Source: Octopus sinensis (Eukaryota). From it: a DNA stretch of 64,000 nucleotides. The notes under the pieces are model-generated. The model was not told the origin of the DNA. It ran no database searches and saw only the letters and a program-made list of their open reading frames with translations. The first letter of the stretch is position 1. Every line of letters starts with the position of its first letter. Below are positions 13,505 through 26,960 of the stretch, piece by piece. The stretch spans positions 75,702,001-75,766,000 of the forward strand of contig NC_043008.1 in the NCBI RefSeq assembly GCF_006345805.1, given 5' to 3'. The position numbers and the translations under genes are program-made.

Positions 13505-13860
13505 GTGTACATCCATCTATGTATGCGTGTATACGTATGGACGAGTGTATGCTTATATGTATGTGGGTATGTATAAATGTACGTAAGCATGCAAGGTATA
13601 TATACCTGCGTATACAGGGGCGATAATACTTGCAGATACACGTACATGTGGGTGCGCATGTGCGCATGTACGTGCGTTTGTATGTGCGTCCATCCATGTA
13701 TGCGTGTATATGTATGAGTGAGTGTATGTGTATATGTATATATGTGGGTATGTGAAAATGTACGTATGCATGCAAGGTATATATACCTGCATACAGGGGC
13801 GATGATACATGCTGATGCCCGTATATGTGGGTACGCATGTGCGCGTATACATGCGAATAA
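13505..13860. repeat. Tandem duplication of a ~180 bp unit
   Basis: GCATGCAAGGTATATATACCTGC..TACAGGGGCGAT occurs twice about 180 bp apart. Confidence 0.85.
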
Positions 13861-14702
13861 GGGTTTCATGTGTAGATATTGATATTTATAAACATCTGTA
13901 TAAATGTATTTGTACAGGTCTAATGTATACATATATGTACATCTTCACAAATATATATTTTTATATTACTAAGCACTGACCTGCCAAACCATACGAATTC
14001 CTAAATTCTTTTCTCATTACTACTAACCCCCTTCTCTCTACCCCACTACTTAGACTCTAACACTACACATTTGTGACTCTTTTACCTTTTATCACCTACC
14101 CCCACTTCTTCTATCTCTAATACCTTTCTCTCTCAGTCACCCTTTATCTCCCCACTCCTACTTTCAAATTATCTCCACTGACCATTAACTGGTACTTTAA
14201 ACTTACTTTTCTGTTCTTTTTCTTTCCTTTATTCCCCTCCACCTGTTATTTTATCTCTTTATTATTTTATTACTTTTTTTTACTTTCTTCCTCTTCTCTC
14301 TCTTTTCTTTATTTCTCTTTTTCTCTTTCTTTATTCCTCTCTTTCTGTTTTCGATTTCATCATACTAATACAATCCCTATTTTTAGGTCAATTTAAAGAA
14401 AAACCTTTGATTCAAAAACACTGTGCAGAGACTCGATACTTGGAATGACCAATTTTAAATACTGTTGGATTTTGCTCATAAAGTATTGGATTCTTACATG
14501 TATAACATTTTACCTAAAAAATGGATCTACAAATTCAATATCCCTACTTATCTCACATCTGTTTTCTTTCCTCCACCTCACTCTCTATTTTGTATCATAT
14601 CTAAATCAAGTATTGCTTAACTATTCTCTCACTCCGTCTCCGATGAAGGGATATAATAAATTATCTCATTACCAAAAACATTTTTATGCATATGTATGTA
14701 TG

Positions 14703-14747
<45 letters not shown>

Positions 14748-14817
14748 ATGTATATGTATATATGTATGAATGTATATATATGCGCATTTTTCCTTTCCTT
14801 GTCTTTTTATGTGTCCC

Positions 14818-14851
14818 TCTCTGTAGAAGAGCGTAGGCTCGAAACGTAAGA
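14818..14851 (+). ncRNA. Hammerhead-like motif with atypical left core (CUGUAGAA); second decayed copy at 17748-17778 (minus)
   Basis: UCU-CUGUAGAA-GAGC-GUAG-GCUC-GAAA-CG-UA-AGA: 4-bp stem II, GAAA, palindromic ACGU stem III, GUA triplet. Confidence 0.45.
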
Positions 14852-14935
14852 TACTTTTTCTATTCCTGAGCGATATACTAATACATCTGTTTGTTTTGTA
14901 CACCACATCTCTTCGCCTCTTTTTTCGTAAACCCT

Positions 14936-14992
<57 letters not shown>

Positions 14993-14997
<5 letters not shown>

Positions 14998-15416
14998 ATC
15001 TTTTCATTTTGAAGGCCAGATTTTCCTAGTTAACTAATCAATTTAAAACTTCGTATACTGGTAGAATGTGTCAAAAGAAAACATAATTGTAAACCAAAAT
15101 GAAGACGGAATTGTAATTTCTAAGTTTAACGTTGTTTAATAATTCGAATTTTAACCAATGGTATTCTTTCTTTCGACTTAATATCATTTACTGCCTCTCA
15201 AAATATTGTTACTGTGACGTAAACAGCTATTTTGTGACGTAGTTAACGTAAACATGTAAATAGCTAAAATGTAAACATCCGCTTATCGTGATCTTTACCT
15301 TTTGACCTACAGATTTAAAAAATAATTTTTTCTAACTAAACACTTTCAAACTTCGTGGAGTATATATAAAATTTGTGTAGATCCTAAATAGCTACACACA
15401 CATGTATACAAATATA

Positions 15417-15468
<52 letters not shown>

Positions 15469-16441
15469 ATATATATACATATACACATATATTCTAATGC
15501 ATATGCATATATGTGTATATATTTATAACGTGTGTGTATTATAGATGCATACATTATATATATATAAAAGATGTTTACATATAATATATATATATATATG
15601 TTATATACATCTACATGTATATGTATGTATGAATATATAAGTACCACAGAATTTGAATCAAACTGTTTTGATACTTACATACACACACACACATACATAC
15701 ATACACACATACTAAAATTACATCGTTGGAGCAGTGATTTATTTATTTTTTGTTATACAATTTATTTTAAAGCTGAATCCCTATCCTGCCATTAACCCTT
15801 TTCTTATAAAATAGTTGAAGAATCTGGGGTGTAGGAATTGGACCAGTATTGGAACTTTTAACTTCTTGCTCTCTATCTTATGATCTCCGAAATTTCAGAA
15901 TCTTGTGTTAACTGGGCTCTTATTATTTACACTGACTCAGCCACTACCTCAATGCAAAGACTATCAATATCAGAATCATCTTCATAACCACCACTGAGAC
16001 ATCCTAACATAATCAATGCCACTACTACTATCATCATCCACTGCCGCCACCACCACCACCACCTCTACAAAAACACCAACACTATAATTGCTGCCATCAT
16101 ACACATCCACTGTCACCACTACACCACCACCACCACTGCCATGATAACCACATCTACAACAGCTGTTTGCTTACTGATTACCCACGCTGTTTAAAACTTT
16201 CACAAAATAGCTGTCTACGTCACAGTAACACTATGCAGTTAATGATTTCAAATGAAAACAGACAATACGATTGGTTAAAGTTCGCAGATTTAAACTACGT
16301 TTAAACTTATAAAATACATTTTTCTCAAAAAACCTAGTTGAAATTAATGTTTTCTTTTGACACATTCTAGCAGTATACGAAGTTTCAAATTATTTAGTTA
16401 ACAAGAAAAATCTGAAAAATCTGGCCTTCAAAATGAAAAGA

Positions 16442-16447
<6 letters not shown>
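14993..16447. repeat. Inverted pair of a ~250 bp repeat (14993-15240 and 16198-16447), MITE-like
   Basis: GATCTTTTCATTTTGAAGGCCAGATTTT..GTTACTGTGACGTAAACAGCTATTTTGTGA versus its reverse complement; both outer ends abut (TA)n. Confidence 0.8.
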
Positions 16448-16511
<64 letters not shown>

Positions 16512-16642
16512 TATATATGTATGGATGGATGTATGTATGTATGTATTTATATAAATAAGGATAAGATCTTTATTTAAAATACCGATCATACCAATTGGCT
16601 AGCATGGGAATAAAGACTTCAGGAAATAATTATTATTAAAAC

Positions 16643-16679
16643 TATAATTAAGGGTATCTTTTAGATACCCTTAATTATA
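16643..16679. repeat. Perfect 17-bp-arm hairpin with a TTT loop
   Basis: TATAATTAAGGGTATCT-TTT-AGATACCCTTAATTATA. Confidence 0.9.
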
Positions 16680-16760
16680 ATTTTAATATGTATACATGTA
16701 TATATATATAAGTATCCATATATATATGTGTCTATATATATGTTTATATATATAAGTATG

Positions 16761-16813
<53 letters not shown>

Positions 16814-17143
16814 AAAATTTGGAAAATGCAATTTTAAACGATGTTTATTTACTTGACATGTTTCACTTTTTAAGAAAAAATGTTAAAGTAACATGTAAAA
16901 GCTTGGTTGTGTTAGGTACTGGTTGTCACAAAATATTACAATATACATATACATTCATTGATAATAAGAACATGTTAAGAACAGTTTCCATGGGAAAATC
17001 TTGAGAAATTATAAAAAAGTTTAACAAATTCATTAAAATATTGGGCACAAAAGATTAGAATATATATATACATTCATAAGAAAATGTTAAAGACAGTTTC
17101 CAGGAAGAATTATTAAAAAGTTCAGTGGAATATTGGTATTGTA

Positions 17144-17185
<42 letters not shown>

Positions 17186-18731
17186 AAATTATTCACATTT
17201 TAGTAGTAGTTTTAACTGACCTGATTCACAATATTATCGTAAAAGATTATTTTTTTTATTTCAAGGGACTGTGTAGGTGTATTTGAGTGGGTGGGGGAAA
17301 GGAAGAGTCATATGGAATTGAAAATAAGGTTTTTGTTTCTCTTTCAAGTATCAATGGTTTTGGGGATTGGTCTTTAGAGGTCAGAATGGTGTGAGTGTGT
17401 GTGTCTCTTTGTGTGAGTGTGTGTGCCGTTTTTGATTGTCCCAGGGTTTATTGCGGTGTAAATAGATGTGTATATATATATATATGTACATATAATCACA
17501 TAGAAATGACTAATTAAAAAACTATTACACTTACAGTCTGAAAGGTGCCCCATTATGACCACGGCTGTAGGGTTGAAACATAAAGATAAAAACGGATAAA
17601 AAATAAAAGTATACACACACACACACACATATATATATATGTATATATATATAGGGAGAATTCACGAAGAAAAACAAAAGACGAAGGCAGGTGGAGTAGA
17701 AAATAAACAGATGCATTAATATAACTCTCGGGAATTGAAAAAGTATTTTACATTTCGTGCGTACGCTCTTCCACAGGAAGCTTTGTACAGACATTGTTGG
17801 AGTTCGTCTCGCACCTTCACCTCTCATTCACAAGCACTGTTGCAAAACATAATGAGTAAGTATTGAAATGACACCCACAGGGCCAATGTTTCATCCTTAA
17901 TAAACGCAACGAGAAACATCCACTTATAACTTGGAAAATAGTAGAAATTTACAATAGTTTATAATAGACGAAGACTTTTGCACGGTAGTGAGTATATATA
18001 TATTGTTCTGTTGATTTTCAAAAACAAAAGATTGGCCATTAAGAAACCGTTAGTCGCTGGAACAAAAGGTAAACAATATATATATGCTGTAAGGGACCTT
18101 ATATCGCTTATATCAGTACATATCAAAAGCGTATAATGTGGAATGGGACGGTTATGAGTTTTTGTAATTAATGGGAGGCAGTTAAAGATTTATGAATTAA
18201 TTTAAATGCTTTTCGTATGTAAATCTTTAGCAATTAAGAGTGTATAGCCTCAGTTCAATTAAGTTATGCAACATGCATAGAGGGCCGGGATATATATGTA
18301 ATCTATAATATTACACACCCCTATAAACTATGTCATAATAATTATTTTTATATACATACACACATTCCGATATATTTTTGTATATCTATATATACTTTTA
18401 TGTGAATTGAAATGACTAAATCATTGCGGTAAATATCAAAATGTATATTGGGTTATAGAGCTCATAAGATATCAAAAAGAGGGGTGGTCAAGGGGATTAG
18501 CTAGAATTAAGGAGGGTGATGCGTATATCAGCACATGTGCATATTTATCTTGTAGCGCCTCTTCGCACACATATGGATATTCGTAGGTTTACATACATGC
18601 ATCAATTGATGTACTCGTGAAATCCACAAATGGTCATATAGGTACAAATTCATGCTCACACACGAATATACATTTATGTATAAATATAGAAAGTTCAGTA
18701 CATACAAGAACGAACAAAAAGGGAATTAGTT

Positions 18732-18803
18732 AATCTTGAAATCGAGTTTCTCTGTTAATTGCCATATAAACTAATTAGGAATCTGTAGATCATCAGCGTG
18801 ATC
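18732..18803 (-). ncRNA. Hammerhead motif with intact CUGAUGA/GAAA core and decayed stems I and III
   Basis: Minus strand GAUCACG-CUGAUGA-UCU..AGA-GAAA-CUCGA-UU-UCAAGAUU; a related right half GAAACTCGAGTTCGGGATT lies on the plus strand at ~19084. Confidence 0.5.
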
Positions 18804-19360
18804 GCTAATTAATGAATAATTATGCAGTTGCAAATATGTACCGAAAACCCGTTCGGAAGGCAGCTACATCTTTATCCTTTATGAATTCGGTCTTATTGCA
18901 CAAGCGTAAACATATACTCCTGCAGCAAATACACAAATTTAAAACTGTGTCCTCACAAACATTTTATACATTTTATATTTTTTAAATTTCTTATGTCTTA
19001 TGATTTTCTTTATGCATGCTAACTACTGGTCATAAATTATTTTCATTTACCCACATATTTGCGATAGTAACATTTACAATAGGGAAACTCGAGTTCGGGA
19101 TTAACTATATCATTTTTTGTTCGTTCTGGTGTTATATCAGCGTGCCACATGAAATCGTTTTTCGTGATTTGGGTTTTAACTACACGCTCTAGCATGTAAG
19201 GAGTCCTGAGAAAGGTTTCCTCTGTGTATAAAGATATCTTATATACTTTATATTTTTTTAGATATGTATATTAATATATATATATATGTACATATACATA
19301 TATATATATATATATATGAATGTATATATATGTACATATATATATATATATATGTGTATG

Positions 19361-19433
<73 letters not shown>

Positions 19434-20205
19434 ATTATATACATTTATATATATAGTGTAATAAATAAAACATATGCATACATACAAACATATATGTACG
19501 TACTTACATCTACATGTATATATACATGCATATATAAATATATATACGTGTGTACAGGACACCACAAATAGACGTAGAACTCAACGAGAAACGAAAACGT
19601 AAAAACAGCAAGGAACGGACCATTTTTTTAACAACGAAAAAACAGAGTACAAGACAACTACACAAGGATAAATCCCCTTCATCAGCCGTCGCTAGTTCAA
19701 CTCCAGCGTGTTTAGAAGGTGAGGACAGAACACGTCTCGTTGAACTAGTCCTTCCTGCGAAAGAATTAAATAAAATTCCTTTGCAGAGGGGTAAAAACAA
19801 GGAAGAAAATGTGACAAAAACAGGACGCAAAAACAATGCAATTAAAAACAAATACAAAATAAAAATACAATTACAAAAAATACAGTACAAGAAGGAATAG
19901 AAACAGGACAGGAAAACAAATAAAGAGGGCCTATAAGCCTAGACGAGGAAAAAAATTTTTTCACGAGCGCAGGAAGAAACAGGTTTACTTGAATAAGGCT
20001 GCCGGCGAAAGGAAGTTCGTAGACCCGGCTGTGAGAGAGATGAGGAGGAGTGAGAGAGAGAGAGATAGAGAGATAGAGAGGAAGGAACCAAAAGAGGGTG
20101 AAAGAAATAGAGAAGAAGGAGTTATAGAGTTTCGCGTCATAATTATATATAAAATTCGATTCGATTCGTTTGGTTTCGTTTCGTGTCTTCTTCTCTAAGC
20201 TGGTT

Positions 20206-20272
<67 letters not shown>

Positions 20273-20562
20273 TAAATTATAGATAAAACCACCATTAGGC
20301 AAATCAAACTGAAAATCCTAAACCAATACATAGAAATAAAATTAATTAATAAAAAATATATAAAATATAAAATTCAAAATTTAAAATATTTAAATTAAAG
20401 TTAAAATTTAAAAAATTATTTAAATTAATAATTTATACTTATAAATTTTAAAATATATATACATATATATATATATTATTATTTTATTTATTTATTTATT
20501 TATTTTAAAAAAATATAACTATCAAAAAGTATTAAATGTTTAATATAAGATAAATAGTAAAA

Positions 20563-20659
20563 CCACTACGATCGTTTCATGCCCATTAACTAATTCGAAT
20601 AACAATAATTTAAATTCAATTAATAATTCGAATGATGGTTTTAGCCAATCTTCAGGTTA
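20563..20659 (-). ncRNA. Hammerhead motif with intact core, palindromic stem III and GUA site; stems I and II partly decayed
   Basis: Minus strand AC-CUGAAGA-UUGG..(long)..GGCAU-GAAA-CGAUCG-UA-GU; ACGAUCGU is self-complementary. Confidence 0.55.
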
Positions 20660-21119
20660 ATTATAATATTTAAATAAATAATCAGAAATATTTAAACAAT
20701 ATTTTTTAAGAAATAAATAAAATAATAATTTTTCTTATAAAAAACTCCATTATCAAACAAGAAACTTAACGATTATGATTATGTCATACAATCGATTATA
20801 ATGTTAAATATCAATTTTTAATTTTTAAGTATTAATTTTTAAGGTACGAAACCCACAAATAATATAATATCAGTTATAGTCAATATCTAATTACATAAAT
20901 ATTTTACAAAAAAAAATTACTATTCATATTATTAAATATATAATATTTTAATAATATATAAATTATCAATGAAAATATATAAATGTATATAAATATTAGA
21001 ATTAAGATCTAAAATTATCTCTATAAATAAATATATATGCACGTATAATAAAGAACTAATAAATTAATTATTCATTATTACTAATAAAAATATTAAAATA
21101 TATATATTTACATTATGTG

Positions 21120-21790
21120 TTATGGGATCATGAAAATTTTCAGCCATCCATTCCCGTGTTACCAGAGCCATGTGTGATAGTACAGAGTCTTACTGAAACG
21201 CATATGGCCTTTCATTGCATACACTGTCTATCCAAGTTTTAACAATTATTTCTAGGAACTCAATGTATGTGGCAGATCTAACTCTAAGGCCTTGTGGAAA
21301 GGGGTAAGGTGGCATTACATGTTATTCATTGCTGACAATCCCTAAAGCTATGACAATTTCAGGAAATTTTGTATGCATAACACTTAGAGCGTCAGAAGAG
21401 TCTGCACATAACCAACTGTTATTTCTTCTGTTAACTTTTTGACCTTGGTCGCAGTTTTCCTCGTGTGAGAAAAACCAAATCAAATCTTCTTCTGCTGGAT
21501 TTTTCAGCTTGTTTAACAGTTTTAGATCTGTTGTAGTGATTTTCTTTTGTCTTTTCTGACAAATTGTCCTTTCCTCAACATATAAGAATTATATGTGTTG
21601 TCTTCGTGGACAACATTTCTGACTGTTCCTTCTGACACATGGAGATCTTTTGCAGTTGACCTCATGAACTTTCTGGGATTGTAGTCAAAGGTGTGTTGCA
21701 CTTGCTGGATACATTCAGGGGTTCGGAAGATTTTAGCGCGTTTAGAATGCTTTTTATGCTTTGATACTGATGAAAGGTCTCATTCTTCAC
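21120..21790 (-). mobile_element. Tc1/mariner transposase remnant, maT/DD37D type
   Basis: Minus-strand frames RTPECIQQVQ..DLHVSEGTVRNVVHED, MPPYPFPQGLRV, KTWIDSVCNERPYAFQ*DS..HMALVTREWMAENFHD. Confidence 0.8.
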
Positions 21791-22019
21791 TCTCTAGTTC
21801 CTTACAAACTTTGTAGACGAAAGATTTGGCAACTTTTCAAAATCGAGATAATTCTATGCTTTGCCTTTATGACCACAATAACAACATGCCTCTTCATTTC
21901 TTAAGTAACCATTGGGTCTGCCATTATTATTTTCTGAAACAAAAATCACACAGAGTTATCGAAGAATGCAACAATGACCCAAAAATATTATGTCCTCAAA
22001 TACCTCACGCACCCTGTAT

Positions 22020-22600
22020 ATACTAGAGGAAGTAAAAAATTCTCTGAATTTCCACCACAACATGTCTTCATTATTGTCACAATGCTTTCTACGCATCCAT
22101 TCTTATTGTTGTTACTATTGTGGTTACGTGATCGAAGTTTGATCCTGATCGCACCATATTTTATTTCTGGCTTTACAGGGTAAGCATGGCCGATCCACTA
22201 GCAATGTGTACCAAAGAAGAACAAAATGCAGTGATCCGTGTGATGGCAATAATGAACCGGTTCAACATCACCATCTCTCGAGCTTGCTGAATCTTCTCAT
22301 CGGTGGCGGAAATTGACGGGCGTCCTGCACTGTCTTCGTGCGTCACGCTTGTCAGGTTACTTTTAGACTCTTCGAGCCACTCCTACTCCGTTCTACGTTG
22401 TAGTGCAAAATCTCTGATGAATTCCAGCACCTGAAAAATCTTCCGACCAGAAAAATTAGGGCACTGCTCTTTGTTAGGCTTTGGTGTACATTGCTATGTA
22501 TCGGTCATGCTCACACTCTAAAGCCAGAAAGAAAGACGGTGCAATCTGAATAAAAATTCGATCACGTGACCACAATAATTCCGACTATAAGCACTCATGT
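22020..22600. mobile_element. Two converging mariner 5' fragments (plus 22020-22250; minus 22250-22600)
   Basis: Plus MADPLAMCTKEEQNAVIR; minus QRAV..GAGIHQR..GRPSISATDEKIQQAREMV; 22115-22240 and 22460-22580 are inverted homologues. Confidence 0.75.
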
Positions 22601-23556
22601 GCAGAAGGCAGTTTGACAATAAAGACATGTTATGGCCAACGTGCGTATAATTTTTCACTTCTGCTAATGTGTGTGTGCGTGTGTGTATAATATAAAGGGC
22701 ACAATTGCTTTCATGCAAGTCTGAGGAAGCGCCACACTAATGTTAAAACATTAAATAGTACGTAATATTAACTGTTGTGTGAACTGGAGTGTTAAGCAGA
22801 GATGGTAAAGAATCAATTGTAACTGATTATTAACGATGTGTTAAAGTCTTTCTTCATCTCCTTATTCGGATTATGCATACATGCAACTATATATATATAC
22901 AAACGTATGTATGTATATACTTATGTATGTATATGTATGTCTATGTATATGATATATATTTGCTCACACACACACGTAAGTATATATATATACGTAGGAA
23001 CACATAAATACACACACAGACACGCATAGATATTATATATGTGTGTGTGTGTGTGCGTTTGCATGTACGTGTACGTGTATGTGTATTTCTGCATAATCAA
23101 TTAAAGCTGAGAATATGAAAGGAAACAATTTAGTGCTGTGCTACAATAATTGATAAAGGAAGATACATTAAATAGCCTGATATATTAAAGAGTGATCAGT
23201 CACTCGCAAGAGGACATTAATTATATTGAATCGAAGGGAACACGAAATTAATCCTAAATTTTTTTATCCCTATGTATTTAATTCTTAGTCATAAAAAAAT
23301 TTTCATTAGATGTTGTAATGAGAACAACCTGTATTCAGATGACAAATAAAACTAAACAAGACAACAAGAAAAATAATACAGGCATTAGCAGAATAACCAT
23401 TTGACCATAAAATAATGAAATATAATTATGATTTTTTTTCAATATAGACAGTACTGCACAATCTTTTATGATAAGATACAAATGCACAAAGAAACACATA
23501 CACACAAACACACACACCCATATATAGTTGTATACACACACACACACACCCATACC

Positions 23557-23601
<45 letters not shown>

Positions 23602-26444
23602 AGATAGTGGTACAACAATGCACCAATATTTATGGGAAATAGCAGTCGATAATATACGACGCTATTGTAAAGCTTACCTGTATATATATACTGGCAAAAT
23701 TTTGGCGGGGGGCGAACATAAACATTTCATGTTACCTGTAGGAAGAACATTAAATAAATGTACAACCCGAATATGGATAATCTAGGACCTAGGTCTTGAA
23801 GTTTTCAAATTAAGTTTTTTAAACGTAATTTTAATTAGTTCTCATCGGTTAGATTTTCCTTGACAAAATCGCTAATGTCTCTACATCAATCGTACAGCTA
23901 CATGAATATAAAATATTATCATCCATATTAACATCTAATCTCCTCCCTGTGTGCAAAATAGGAATGAATTTGCTGAACTCTGTTTAATAAGTTAAATCAT
24001 ATACTTAATATATTTATACATATATAAGCTGTTCATTTTGAAGTGTAGGTATAGTAATTTCAAATTATTGGTTGCCCCTCAGTATAGTTCCATCAACCCA
24101 AACAGACATGAAGAGCCTATCATACAGTTTGACGGCTGCTCTTCATCGGAGATCTTCAACATATGAGCTTTTACTATATTTTCCTCCCTGCCATATCTCA
24201 GGAAATGCACCTTTCGATTACAAATTGATCGTTTTTACTTTCACACAAAATCGGAGGGTTGGTTGTACCTTGTATCGGCGACTGAGAGCAAAAGTAAAAT
24301 AGGTTAACTGCTCAGTAAGAACATGTTGCTGGAAGATAACTGCTCACTGACAATACGTTCTGACAATCGAGTGTAACAGCTTAGCTACAGCTTGATTATC
24401 ATTCTGAAGCATGGGGCAATTTAGTGTCATTAATGAGACGATCGTGACCGAAAGATTGCTCAAATATTTACTTTCCTTGTATGCGCATTATTACCAGACT
24501 CTTCTTGTGCGGAATCAACAGAAACATATGAATATAACTATATCATGCAATAACCCGTAACCAAGAATTTGTGAGAATAATAAGATAACAATATTCACTG
24601 AATCCGAATCCACCACGCCTTCTTCATCAGCGAGCTGTTATTGGTATGAAATATCTACTCCAATGGTGGTGTCTCAATGCCATTTAGATTTACAATTTGG
24701 GCCAAATTTGAGTTCACAGACGGACTGATCAATATACCCGCTTTGAGGATCTGAATCATACCCAGATACTAAAACTTATCCTTCTAATCTAACAACAGTA
24801 ACTCCGCAGAAGGAACAATTCCGATGGCGTTGTTTGTTCTACGGTGTGTTATTCAAACATTTTCTGCATGAGGCAGTTAGTGACACTCTTGTTTTGGTCT
24901 ATATAAAATGCATCAGGCGCCTTTGTATAAGAAATCATAATCAAATATTCCCTAGTACATGGTGAACAGGAATTAGAGTCAACGTTATATCTCTGTCTGC
25001 ATGCATTTATATGTTTGTGTGCCTATCTGTGACTGTTTGCGAGTAAAAAGTATGGTTTATGTACGAACAATCTCGCAACATAGAGAAAAACCTTGAATAG
25101 AGACCAGTTATGTAGAGATGAATTCACGAATCCAAAATCAATTCCAAAATAAAGTGACTCTACGTTTAATATAGATCAATAATGTATTCCAAAGATAAGG
25201 TCACAAAAATCCTGAGGATATTTGAAGGTATTAGTTGAACTTTGTATACAATCTATGGGAAGCATCTTATTTGGCGATGGATCTGGATAATTTTGAAGTG
25301 GTGAAATCGAAACAAATCTGTTATGCAGCCATGGCTGTAGGGTTAAGGCATTAGTTTGGCAACATTTTGGCTTCTGACTCGATAACACTGCTCAGCAGAT
25401 TTGGTAAATGTAAACTATATTTTGGCCCATACAGAAAACATTTCTTGATGTTGATTGGTAGATTCCATCGCCACTTTTACACCTTCGCTGATCCTTGGAT
25501 ACATTTAGCAAAGCCGAGTCTGTAGCCTATTTTGGGGCCAAGATGACATCCTTATTTTCTTCCACAAGACCCCAATGCATGACACACTTCAGGGGAATTG
25601 CTCATTCATTTTCAATACATTTTTAGAACAATTTTTCATGACAAGACACTGAAACGTTCTTAAAATGCTATATTTCAAATATTCTTCCATTTAAAGAACT
25701 CATTAATTTGCTCTATCATGTTAAGAACTTCCGACAAAAATAAAACGCAATTTCATTATTGACAGAAAACGATAGTTAGACGTTGATAAATCTATATTAA
25801 CAACATTAGTAACCGTTGGAAACTGGTAATGGCAGTAGTATTTATTGCTTTAGGTTAACTGCAAAGAAGACTAAGAATAAGGGTCCGACAGCGAAAAAGA
25901 GAGGTGGAGAGAGCGAAAGACAGATATTTGAACAACACAAACCGACATAAATATTGAGGGAGGGAAAAGATACAGTATCATATTACATTGTCGGCAATAT
26001 AAGAGTTTTCCTCACACACATTTATGCTCTTGCAAAAATTGGCTTTATCATTTTAAGAACGTCCAACAAAAATAAAATGCTATTTCATGGTGACAGTATT
26101 TCTCCGTTAGTGATAACAAGTCGTATATCATTTACATAGACGAACACGGGCGTACGCAATTGCACGGATATATACACATACACGTATGGTTGTATTTGTG
26201 ATTGTGCGTGTGTTCGAACATGTAAATGACTGTTAGCTGCTTGTAAACTGAAACTGTACTGGAAAAATAGTACGTTCAGCTGTCATCCGCATTGCATTTT
26301 GCAGTACATTTGATAAATATGTAAGTATAGTTTAGAAACCTAAACATATATTTGTACTTTGTAACAACCTTTTTTTCTGCTCGAGTTTGATGTTTTTGGT
26401 ATATTTGCTTTCATAAAATGTACAGAAGATACTGTTGATCAGTG

Positions 26445-26960
26445 CAGGTGATCCTACGACCCATAATTCCTATCAAAATTAGCCATGTAAAACAAATATC
26501 TGCCACCTAGAAATATATAAATTACACTAAAAGATACAAATCCTTCTAGCGACACCAACGTGTACTGTGAGCCAAAGATTCCCCCTAATAAACACAATGC
26601 AATGTAAGACTGTAAACGCAACCAAAATACAATGGATCAATCTTACTTTCCGTAACAAAGTTTCAGTTAATATATTTTAAAGTTCAAAAGCATTGATGAT
26701 AATTTCTGTTCATCCCAAATCCGCAGTAGAGCTGCCTAAAAACAGTTTCCTCTTAAAAAGTACATTAACCCACTGTGGGACTATCAAAATCATACTGTTC
26801 CAAGAACTTGGGTGGCGCTGATAATAAACACAAGAATATTTATCCAACATGCCTTGACGTTTCACTCGTCAGTCAGGCACCAATACAATTTAACCTCTCA
26901 CTAAACTACCTATATACAGTTTATTGAACTAAATTACCTCTATACAGGTCTGGATCATGA
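26445..26960 (+). mobile_element. Highly decayed PLE-like RT remnant
   Basis: LRPII at ~26457 and FQELG-A at ~26790 at roughly the expected spacing; otherwise degraded. Confidence 0.3.

Larger units (their letters stand above)
12115..13995. repeat. Inverted repeat pair, ~130 bp arms at 12115-12248 and 13865-13995
   Basis: TATGGTTTGG(T/C)AGGTCAGTGCTTAGTAATATA..ATCAATATCTACACATG is present in opposite orientations. Confidence 0.9.

Noticed and set aside
14635-14680. CCGAUGA-A-GGGAUA/UAUCUC half-ribozyme
   Set aside because: The right half (GAAA, stem III) is missing; used only as supporting evidence for the U4C variant
19660-19700. Minus-strand CUGAUGA plus hairpin in the 2800/19520 repeat family
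   Set aside because: No GAAA or UH follows the hairpin in either copy
20262-21110. Mitochondrial insertion (control-region-like AT richness)
   Set aside because: No mitochondrial tRNA, rRNA or protein motif recognised; the embedded HHR motif points to a retroelement origin
26850-26879. Minus-strand UGCCU-GA-CUGACGA-GU-GAAA-CG-UC-A-AGGCA, a hammerhead lacking stem II
   Set aside because: Only 2 nt separate the core halves and stem I is offset; it lies antisense to a probable decayed PLE RT near the expected YxDD position, so it may be coincidental
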